The notes under the pieces are model-generated. The model was not told the DNA's origin. It did no database searches and saw nothing but the letters and a program-made list of their open reading frames with translations. Positions 1 to 12,000 of a stretch of DNA of 64,000 nt are shown piece after piece. This stretch comes from Owenia fusiformis (Eukaryota), in the NCBI GenBank assembly GCA_903813345.2, contig CAIIXF020000001.1, positions 21,700,001-21,764,000 of the forward strand. Direction: 5' to 3'. A program made the position numbers and the translations under genes. Each line of letters begins with the position of its first letter. Position 1 is the stretch's first letter.

Positions 1-957
1 TGTTTCTAGTTTTTGTATAATTAATGTTTACAATGACATGGAAGAGACACATGAGATAAATGTTGAGTGTAAAGGTTTCATGTTATGAAACATGAAATAT
101 CATAGTACTGCACTATATAAAGTTTGAACAGTCAAAATAAGAAAAACACGGCAACACATTCTTCTTTCTTAGACATCTGTTTAATAACTAGGTGAGTGGT
201 GAAACTTATTTCGGACCATTTCTGTTTTTATCTTTAACCAATAGAAATAAAAATGGTTAAACCCCCCGCATATTTCTTTTAGTAAACTAATGAAAAATCC
301 TAAATATATAGGTTTGTCTCCTTAATGATTATCAGTTTAAAAGGCAAGAATCAAAACCTTAAATGTTCAAAAAAGATGGCTGAAATTTGATTTTTACCTG
401 ATTATCTCTTTAGAGCTTGTAAAAAAATTGGTTTAATAATGTGCTTCATCTTTCTTATATACAAATTTTAGGGACTGTGACTTAAAATTTTTTTTTTCAA
501 AAACATAAAAAATGTTGCAGCAATGTTCTGTGTTGGTCATATAGTCCACTGCCAGTTCCATCCATAGTATCAATCCAGTGATAAACACAGATTAGTTCTA
601 GCTTGCATTCTGATACTCATAGCATCTTTCTTTATCACATGCTCTGTAAAATTCCAGTAATCTGATTGGTTGATTACCGTGTGAGTTTTCCCGTCTCACA
701 CGGCCGTCTCACACGTTACTAGAGGCAACCAGTGATGATCAATAGCAACGATGTGACGTCACTGATTATATCACTTCTAGCTAAGGAAAACAATATGACG
801 TCATACTATTTCACAAACAAGTACGAATACAACGGTATGACGTCATATTGTTTCAAAGCGAAATCAAAAATTATAGTAGTTACCAGAAGTACTGAACACA
901 ATCATAACTGACCAAATCAAAATGCTTCAAAATTCCTAGACATGTGATAAAATCGTC

Positions 958-1097
958 ATCACACGTTTCAGCTTATGTGATACAGGAAATATTCCACTCG
1001 GGTAACAATGTATCACCACTCAAGCTTCGCTTTCGTGGATGATACAGTATTACCTTTCGTGGAATATTTCCTGTATCACATGCTTAAACGTGTGATA
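958..1097. repeat. Foldback palindrome with a GCTTCGC loop; probably part of a larger non-autonomous element (about 630-1100)
   Basis: Arm atcacacgttt..tgtgatacaggaaatattccac is inverted to gtggaatatttcctgtatcaca..aaacgtgtgat. Centre gcttcgc at 1024-1030. Confidence 0.75.
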
Positions 1098-2906
1098 ACT
1101 GATAGTTTCACCTGAAGCAGTGCTGAGAAGAAATGAGATGACATTGTTTATCATGATGTCTAGCTTGTGGCAAAATTAAAAGATGTGATGAGTATCAGAA
1201 TGATGTTGGTCAGATATTTAACATATAACACACCAGCCAATGTTGTTTCTCTAAACAAACCTGCTTTATAAAGGACTTGCTAATTGTGCCCCTAAGAAAG
1301 TGTTATTGTTTCTGTAGAAGCAACAAATAATCTTACTGAAACACTACCTTGTTTATCTTTTATAACAACTGTTTCTGTTACACTTCTCTCCTGCTGTTAT
1401 ATACTTGACGGCTGTCAATATAAAAGAAAGAATTGTTTTTTGCAATTTCATTGGTAACTGGAGCAGGCCAGTGCATTCAAAGAAAACCAATAAAAAGGTA
1501 GTCTCTCATTAAGATCCTGTATTAACCCTCTACCTTCTCTAGATCTATCAAAGGCAATGGGGATACGGGGCCTCAGTGCCTTTGACCTAATACGAAATTC
1601 ATGTTCCTCTATCTGCTTTATTCTGTAAAGAACTCGCTCTTCAAAATGATGGCCTCAAAAAAAGTGATAAAATATGAAAACATAGTGAACTTGGAAGATC
1701 ATTTTAAGGTTTTCAGCACTTGCAGATTTTCTGAAAATGGCTGCATTTAATATCAGTTCAATGTAGGAGGTTCATATCTGCTTCAAGACAGTTAGCACTG
1801 AGTAGATTTCTCTCAAGTGACAATTAACCAGTGTGAGAACCTTTAAAAATAACATTCTAAGATAAAGAGTGTCAGAAAATCTGAAAATTCTCCAATGAAT
1901 AACATGGAGATATTTGATGAATTTGAAATGTTTTGGGATGAGAGTGGTTCTGTTCATTTTAGTGTTTTCATTCCTTTCAACGTATCAGGTGATTGGCATT
2001 CTTTTTTCTTTCTTACTTATTCTACATGAAGGTTTTTTACCATTTGTGTCATACGTAGTAATGTTCTTATTTTGAATATGTGGAAATGGTTACAAATTTT
2101 AGGGATTTCCTTACCATTCCTTCAAGTATACTCATAGTAATATAGATTATGTCTATAAAAATGATATCCACTATATTGTAGCCTTGCATTAAAAGTTCCT
2201 CTCCCCCCTCATCTCTTTTACTCTGTAACAGGGGTAGGAAAGAACTAGGGGGTTGATAAGAGCATTAGTTGTTATCGCGAGCAGTTTCATTTTAAAGTCG
2301 AGATTTTTCTTTATAATAACATGACGATTTTTATACACAATGTGGCAGAATGAATTAATGCCCATGGGGTGAATATGCTGTGATTGTATTTAAACTTTAG
2401 GAATGAAACATATTCAAAATAAAAGACACTGTATTAAAAAAGGTTTCAATTCAATAAGTCACACCTTTTCTTGTGTTCTTTTTAGTGTATAGCTATTTGG
2501 TAAGCACCAATTACTAAAAATATGTTGTGGTTATATCTGCAAAAGTGTATCATAAGATTAGGTTCAGAATTAATGGAAGTTTAGTTTACTGATTTGTTGA
2601 CTTATGGCTGCTTATCTCCCAGACCTATCATTCACATTTGAAGATAACAAGATATAACATAAATGTTTTCTCAGACTTACATCAACTTGAGATTTATAAC
2701 TCTAAGTGCCCTTTAGCTGAGCAGTTTCTGCTAAAGGCAAGAATATATAGAACATTTGCTTGAATAGTTCTTTACGATTGGTTAATTTTATTCATTCATT
2801 CTGGTGGTAAACACTTGACTTTCTAGTGTGTTTATTTTTTTTGATTATTGATGTTATGTTATTCTTAATGTTTCATAAAAAACTTCAATATTTTGTTTTT
2901 CAGGAG

Positions 2907-3072
2907 ATGTGTACATTATATAGAGACTGTTCTATGATGAAAAGCCATAGAAGTGCTTCATACCATCATAGCAACGGAGACTCATAGAATGTTCCAGAAT
3001 CACAGGGCCATACCGCCATGGCTTTTTCCGATGAATACCACTCCCGTAAGATCAGCTTCCAGCGGTGGTTAA
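2907..3072 (+). promoter_or_regulatory. Two upstream ORFs in the EXTL3 leader (2907-2987, 26 aa; 2989-3072, 27 aa, overlapping the main ATG out of frame)
   Basis: Translated directly from the sequence between the acceptor at 2903 and the main ATG at 3018. Regulatory function is inferred. Confidence 0.55.
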
Positions 3073-6000
3073 CACATGTGAAACTCTCCAGACTGATTGG
3101 AATTCTCCTAGTGATTCTGATCATAGTTCCATTAATCGCACATTATTATATCTCAAACATTGGCTCAGATGGACTCGAAGGTGAAGGTCACAGGACGAGG
3201 TCGAAACTTGACCATATTGAAGATTCTCCGAGCCTCAAATCATCCGACTTGAAGTTTCGAATTGAGGAACTGAGACGGATAAAAGCAAGCGTGAATAATG
3301 AACTTCGCGATTTGGAAAACACGAGGCAGAAACTCAATGCTGAAATCAGTGGTTATAACTCACATATTGAGAAACTTAAGCATGAATATGAGAGTACAAA
3401 CAAAGACTTGGACCAGTTGAAATTGACAATGCAGAACACACGGTTAGAACAGGAGGATGTTCTAAAGCGTAATATGCTAGAAATGCAGCTGCCACACAGG
3501 ATCCTCCCATCCCTTGAGGACTCCATACACATTGATCCACCAAAGGCTCACACAGCGTGCGCCATGCATACCTGCTTTGATTACTCCAGGTGCTCAATTT
3601 CATCAGGATTTCCCGTTTATTTTTACAGTCCCCTTGACTACACCCTCACCAAGACACCTCTACATCCCTTCATCAAGTCCTCAGTAATGAATGCATTTAA
3701 TTCAAATCCCCACTCCACATTTGACCCCCATATTGCCTGTATATATGTCATCCTGATTGGAGATCTCGAAAAAGACAATGAAGATTACTCTCTATTAGAG
3801 GAGAAATTAAAAAATCTGCCATATTGGCATGGCGATGGACGCAATCATTTATTATTAAATTTAGCTCATGGTCACACTTCGAGAGATATATTCGAACATG
3901 TAAACACTGGGCGAGCAATGATCGTCCAATCAACATTTATCAGTAGTCGTTTCAGAGCTGGTTTCGATGTAATTATACCGCCATCTTTAGGAATATCTCA
4001 TGGTGATTCATGGGAAGGATTACCCATGCTTGTTCCTGCTAGAAGACAATATCTCCTCACATTTCTCGGGGAGTATAACCAACTGAAATCTTTCACCAAT
4101 AAAGCTGAAGAATTCCAATCTCAGGGTGCTGCTGGGAAAACATCACCACGGCAACAAAGTGTGCAAAATGACTTGATCTTTAGGTTGAAAAATAATGCGG
4201 GGAATAACGACCAAAATCAACCAATTATTAACAGTAATAGAAAACTATTAAGTACAAATGAACGGACGTTAAACAATGACTTTCGGGAACTTATTAACTT
4301 AGAGAATGGAATTGTTGAAGCTTTAAAAAACATGCAATCAAAACACAGTCAAGATGGATTTTATTTTGATTTTAAATGCAATGGTGATGTAAGTGTTGGA
4401 CTGAATGCTGAATGGGCACTGTGCCTCCCTGAACCTAAGCGTCATGAACTTCTGGAGAAATCCACTTTTAGTCTCATAATTGCCCCCACTAATTACAGTA
4501 TTATATCTAGTGTGCTGACACAAATTAGGATATTTGAAGCAATAAAATATGGTGCAATACCTATTATACTTGGGGACTACATACAGCTCCCATTCAATGA
4601 CTACCTCTTGTGGAAGGATGCAGTGGTTCAACTCCCTAAATCTCGTATAACAGAACTGCATTTTATCATACGTTCATTCATCGACAATGATATTTTAGCA
4701 CTTCGTAGGCAGGGTCGAATATTTTACGACTCATTTTTCTCCTCAACAAAAAACATTATTGATACACTATTGGCTGTGTTTCGTACAAGACTACAGATAC
4801 CTGCACCTCCTATCAGAGATGAACCGTCCCCCAATGTGTTCAATGCCAGTTTCGTTCCACTACGTGATGAAAATGTAGATATACAGACAGAAGCTGATGA
4901 TATTCTGGGCCCTATTGAATCTCCACTGCCTTCTCTGACATATAGGCAGAACTTTACATTTAGTTACAGAGTGTTTAACCAGCCAGGGGACTATCGTCAC
5001 TCCTTCCCCTTCACTCCCTTCATTCCAGTCTTACCTGCTGAGGCAAAGTTCAAAGGTTAGTGCTTCATTACAAAAGTGCTAGTGGGACTTAATCCATTGA
5101 GGCCTACAGTGCCGTTTTTTAAATAATATGTTTTTTTAAATTATTTTTTTAAGATTTATGATTTTTTTTTTACGTCATCTACATGTTTATTATTTTGATG
5201 AGGAAATTGTCATCATAATGTATTTTCATTACTAGCATATATTAATAGCTGTATTCTGATGTAAGCCAGCTGTTTTCAGTGATTCTACGTAACAACTAAA
5301 TGTGGAAATGGTTGGGATAATTTCATCAAAAGATGATGAAGGAAAAGCATTCAGATAATTAAATCAGTAAGCCAGTGAAAAGGAGGAATTTGCCAAAATT
5401 GCCGAACTTGGTGATGTAAATAATGTTGCATTATCCATTGGTAGAATACTTAAACCAATTGTGACTACCTTTTAGTGACTTTTAACTCATTTTATATCTC
5501 ATAAATTATAGGGTCTAGTCGAGGGTTCCGACCCATAGGCAAGGGAGCAGGTGGTGCAGGGAAGGAGTTTAATGAGGCCCTTGGAGGAAACTTTCCAAGG
5601 GAACAATTCACAAGTAAGTTTTGAATTCATCACTGTCAACCAATATATGAAGTGTGCATCACAAGGATGTCCATATATTGAGATATATTAGATCTGCATG
5701 ATGTTGATTTATCTTAAGTTTCATTTCAATTTTATTTCTATAGTTACCAATAATTAATAGAATATTTCCCATATTTTACATAACATATTCACGCGGTCCT
5801 AACTTCGACCGTTAATTTGAATTTTTGACCTACCAGATGTTCGAAAATCAAGGATTCATGTCTCATACTGCACCGTTTTTCTTCAAACTTATACTATTAA
5901 AAGCAAAACAAAATTGCCTTTCTGTCGGTGCATTACTTTATTGTAAAGAGTCCCTCGTTCTAGCAGCGTTTTGGTCCCCAGCTGTTAGAAGACCTTCTTA

Positions 6001-9000
6001 CAGCTGGGGACCAAAATGCCGCTGGAAGTAGGGACTCTGTTTAAGAGAATAATGTACCAACAGAAAGGGATTTTTGTTATGCTTTGAATGGAACAAGTTT
6101 GAAGAAAAACGGTGCAGTACGAGACTCGTAATCCTTGATTTTCAAACATCCGGTAGGTCAAAAATTCAAATTAACAGTCGAATTAGTACCGCGTGATATT
6201 GCACAATACAATCATATATCAAATATTTCGATTGACATTTTCCAAATGTTTTGTATCCACATTTCTTTGAAAGTGGTGAACTACCTTAAAGTAGTTTCTA
6301 ACGCTGTATATACAGGAACTGATCCATTGTTTCAGTTGTGATGCTGACATATGAAAGAGAGGCTGTCTTGATGAATGCTATAGCAAGGCTGAAAGGTCTG
6401 CCTCATCTGAACAGAGTGGTGGTTGTGTGGAATAGTCCCAAGCCACCTGCTGAGGATCTCAGGTGGCCTATCATAGGAGTAGATGTACATGTAAGAATAT
6501 ATAACTTCAGATATTAAACAGCATTGCAGGTCAAACTTCTACGAACTTCTACAGATTTTCTACAAATGTTGCAAAAGACCAAGTCAGGAAAATGTTATGT
6601 AACAAACAAAACTAGGATAGTAAGTAGCATTGTTCTAACCTTCAACTGAAATGAACTTGGTTTGCCATACATTTCCATTCTTATGCTTAAATTAGCCTTC
6701 TTTGTTTGTCCAGGTGATTAGAACAGAGAAGAACAGTTTGAACAACCGTTTTCTACCATATGATGTCATAGAAACAGAGGCTATCTTGTCAATAGATGAT
6801 GATGCCCATCTCAGGCACGATGAAATCATGTTTGGATTCAGGTAATGAATCTTTCCAGTCAAAATAAAAGTTGTATTGTTAACAGTAGAGAGATATCACA
6901 CTTAAGAGAAATATTTATGAAACCATCAAATGAGCTCTTAAATATGCTAAATGGAGAGATACAGCATATGTTCACTGGTTAACAGCCACTTGACTCAAAG
7001 TAAAGCTGAAAGTAACATTGGTGGATCAGCCATTTGGAAAATTTGAGATTATAAGAGATGCTAACTTCTTTATACAACTGTACTAGTTTTTTCTGACCTA
7101 GCTTTTTTCATGAATGAAGCTTTGCATCAAAGTCTATTGTTGATGTGAATTGCAGGCAAATTCAAAATTCTGTTTTTCTAGATTTCTTGTTTCTAAATGT
7201 GGTTCAGATTTATAGATGTCGCATTGGTATTACAGTATATTACAAAACATTGATCCCATTTTACCATGTAATGTGTGCATGCACATTTATTTGGCCTCAG
7301 AGGCAACAGCACAACAACATGTATTTACCATACAGTATTATTTAGTTTTTATGTCACCACAAACATATGCATAATAAGTGTCATCAGTCTTATTGAAGCA
7401 AGCTGATTGTTAACAAGCTTCATTTGGCAATTTTTTCAGGGTGTGGCGTGAGAATCGTGAAAGAATCGTAGGATTCCCAGGACGCTTCCATGCTTGGGAT
7501 CTTGATCATGATAGCTGGTTGTACAATTCTAACTACTCATGTGAACTCTCTATGGTACTCACTGGTGCTGCATTCTTCCACAAGGTATTAATAAAATCAC
7601 CTTCCACTCTCTTAGTCAAAATGAACCCCACTGTTATTAACATGAACTATTTTTTAATGAATTTTTATTAAAGGTTTATCTTAAGAGTATAAAATGATGC
7701 CATCGTACTGTACTCTTATGATTGCCATCGTACTGTACTCTTATGATGCATATAAATTTAGTTGTAAGAACTTGAATATTTTATTTGGAGTTTCTATTTT
7801 AATGTTTTGCAGTATTATGCCTACCTATACAGCTATGTGATGCCTCAGGCAATAAGAGACAAGGTGGATGAATATGTTAACTGCGAGGACTTGGCTCTTA
7901 ACTTTCTAGTCTCCCATATCACTAGACAACCTCCAATTAAGGTAACTATTTCACTCATTGATAAACACCTTCTATTAAGGTAACTATTTCACTCATTGAC
8001 ATACACAGTCCTATTATGGTAACTATTTCACTCATTGACATACACAGTCCTATTAAGGTAACAATTTCACTCATTGACATACAACCCTCTATCAAGGTTG
8101 CAACTTCTCTCATTGCCAGACAACTCCCTATTAGGGTAACTGTTTCAAATGGCAAATATTCATGTTGTCCACTCTATAGTAAGGGATATACAGTGTACTC
8201 TTATGGTCATTAATAACAAAACGTGTTCATCTGGCAAACACTTCTTTCTAGTGAATGACAGAACCTATTGATAGTGAACAAATTTCAGAGGAGAGTCAAT
8301 TTATTTCTGTGTAAAAACCATCTGTGAGCTGAGCACTTTTTATGGTTCCATATTAGTCATTATACACAGGTTTTACTGTATAAAGAGTCAATAGAAGATG
8401 ATATATACCGCATATCATTTCACTTTCTTCATGTTTGTTTCTTTTGAAGTTTTATATTATATATATTGCTCTGAACACCCAATATAGGTTCGATAAACCA
8501 GTGAGTAAACATTCTAACTCGTGTAAAACCACATTTCTCGTAGACTCTCATGGCACTTTGTTGATGCACACTTGTCCTTAGCATCAACTCATCATAGTTG
8601 TACTTTTTGCAATAGTCTATTACAAAATTAACCATCAAATCAGCTAGTCCATTGCCCCTGTAATCAGTTGCTACAACCACACGCGTAAGTTCACCTCGCT
8701 TGCCAACATCCAGTTCATTTACACCAATAGAGCCAATAAGTTTCCCCCTGTGGAAGAGCAGCCATAATTTATGGTCATGTTCTGTCCAATATTCTACAAA
8801 ATTGTGATAATCGCTCAGTTTGGACAGCTCCCAAAGTAGAACACCCCATACTAACAAGAAATACAATATGGAGTATAACCCCAACAGGAATATGAGTCCG
8901 TTCATCAATGAGTGTCTCATTTGGTATAAGGTTCCAGCTGCTAGTAATGCTAATACACTGCTAACCTTTGGATGGAATAATTTGCCTTTCATCATTATTG

Positions 9001-12000
9001 GAACTGGTTCAGTGTATGAGGTTAAGGCCATTTTCTTCACTTCTTCCCAGTTGTCTATATTTGGGTCAAACAGGCGTATCTCAAGTTCATCTCGTTTGAC
9101 TCTTATTGGTGGTTTGTTGCTCATGTTGAATAGACCTAACATTGTGCCTGTAAATATAATCATTATGTGATTCATTTTCCCTCATTTATTTTTTTAACTT
9201 TAATTTGTGGTTTGTTGCTCATGTTGAATAGACCTAACATTGTGCCTGTAAATATAATCATTATGTGATTCGTTTTCCCTCATTTATTTTTTTACTTTTA
9301 TTGGTGGTTTGGTCTTGATGTTGAATAGGTCTAACATTGTGCCTGTATTAATATAATCAAGCAGATTCCCTTATTTTTGAAAATTACAGTTTTGAATATT
9401 CAATAATTATTTCTTATTCAATATTCCGATAAAGCATTAGGAATTGTTTGGAACATACAATCGCTTTGAAATCTAAATCCCAAATGTTCAGGATAACTTT
9501 CAGAAATCAGTGATCATGGTGTCATAGTGCAGTAGTTTAGTCATCATGTTATACTTACATCGAATCACTTAACCAGGTCTGCCTCCCTTCAGCATTTACT
9601 TTTTCTTTATAAATATCTGTTACTAAAAATCTTATTCATAGTCACATAGTTCACCTAGTCAAGTAGCATTCTCAACATTACAGTACATGAGAGTATACCA
9701 AGGACATGTTGACCTATCAATAGTGATTAGATGAGCATTGTACAATTGTGTCACATATGCACATAATATAACAACAGTACATAATGTCAAATGAATGATG
9801 AGCTCACAAAGTAAAACACCCCATACTAACAAGAAATACAATATGGAGTATAACCCCAACAGGAATATGAATGCTTTCATCAATGAGTGTCTCATTTGGT
9901 GTAAGATTCCAGCTGCTAGTAATGCTAATACAATGCTAACCTTTGGATGGAATAATTTGCCTTTCATCATTATTGGAACTGGTTCTGTGTATGAGGTTAA
10001 GGCCATTTTCTTTACTTCTTCCCAGTTGTCTATATTTGGGTCAAACAGGCGTACTCAAGTTCATCTCGTTTGACTTTTATTATGTCACCACCAAAAGTGG
10101 TGACATATTGTTATGGTCTCCGTTTTTATGTCACCACCAAAAGTGGTGACATATTGTTATGGTCTCCGTTTTTTTGCGACGGCGGTTGGCGTCCGGCGGT
10201 TGGCGTCCGGCGTAAGGCGGTTGGCGTCCGGCGTCTGTAACAATTTCTTACAACTTCCTATAACTTAACAAATACTGTTTAGACTGACTTCAATTTTTTT
10301 CTAAATCATCTACATGTTCTCAGAAGTTCAAATCTGACTTTAGATTTGACATTTGACCTTCAATGACCTTCTCAAGGTCAAAAAGGTCTTTTTTCAACTT
10401 GCTTAACATTGACTAAATTTTTTTCAAAATCATCTACATGTTCTCAGAAATTCAAATCTGACTTTAGATTTGACATTTGACCTTCAAATCTGACTTTAGA
10501 TTTGACATTTGACCTTCAATGACCTTCTCAAGGTCAAAAAAGGTCAAAAAGGTCTGTTTTCAACTTGCTTCAAATTGACTAAATTTTTTTTTCAAAATCA
10601 TCTACATGTTCTCAGAAATTCAAATCTGACTTAAGATTTGACTTAAGATTTGACCTTCAATGACCTTCTCAAGGTCAAAAAGGGTCAAAAAGGTCTGTTT
10701 TCAACTTGCTTCAAATTGACTAAAAAAAATTTTCAAAATCATCTACGTGTTCTCAGAAATTCAAATATGACTTTAGATTTGACTTAAGATTTGACATTTG
10801 ACCTTCAATGACCTTCTCAAAGTCAAAAAAGGTCAAAAAGGTCTTTTTTCAACTTGCTTCAAATTGACTAAATTTTTTTTTCAAAATCATCTACATGTTC
10901 TCAGAAATTCAAATCTGACTTTAGATTTCACATTTGACCTTCAATGACCTTCTCAAGGTCAAAAAAGGTCAAAAAGGTCTTTTTTCAACTTGCTTCAAAT
11001 TGACTAATTTTTTTTTTCAAAATCATCTACATGTTCTCAGAAATTCAAATCTGACTTTAGATTTGACATTTGACCTTTAATGACCTTCTCAAGGTCAAAA
11101 AAGGTCAAAAAGGTATGTTTTTAACTTGCTTCAAATTGACTAAAAAAATTTTTCAAAATCATCTACGTGTTCTCAGAAATTCAAATCTGACTTTACATTT
11201 GACTTAAGATTTGACATTTGACCTTCAATGACCTTCTCAAAGTCAAAAAAGGTCAAAAAGGTCTTTTTTCAACTTGCTTCAAATTGACTAAATTTTTTTT
11301 TCAAAATCATCTACATGTTCTCAGAAATTCAAATCTGACTTTAGATTTGACATTTGACCTTCAATGACCTTCTCAATGTCAAAAAAGGGGTATTTTTTCA
11401 TCTTGCTTCAAATTGACTAAATTTTTTTTCAAAAGCATCTACATGTTCTCAGAAATTCAAATATGACTATAGATTTGACTTAAGATTTGACATTTGACCT
11501 TTAATGACCTTCTCAAGGTCAAAAAAGGTCAAAAAGGTCTGTTTTCAACTTGCTTCAAATTGACCAAATTTTTTTTTCAAAATCATCTACATCTTTTCAG
11601 AAGTTCAAATTTGACTTTACAAGTTCTCAGAAATTCAAATCTGACTTAAGTTTGAACTCATAATATTGTGAGCAACTAGGTGGTGACATTTTGTCATGTT
11701 AATGCCTTGTTTGTGGTTTGTTGCTCACGTTGAATAGACCTAACATTGTGCCTGTAAATATAATCATTATTTGATTCGTTTTCCCTCATTTATTTTTTAA
11801 CTTTTATTGGTGGTTTGTTGCTCATGTTGAATAGACCTAACATTGTGCCTGTAAATATAATCATATGTGATTCGTTTTCCCTCATTTTTTTGAATATGAT
11901 ATTTTATCAAATATACACTTTGGTTTCTCATGAAATATGAGGAAAAAATTAAGCAGTTTGAAACTAAATAGACTGATTCCATAAAGACAATTTTTTTTTA

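Noticed and set aside
3018-5060. 680-aa ORF as a complete or truncated exostosin
   Set aside because: The stop is intronic (aaag|gttag); splicing continues to 18352.
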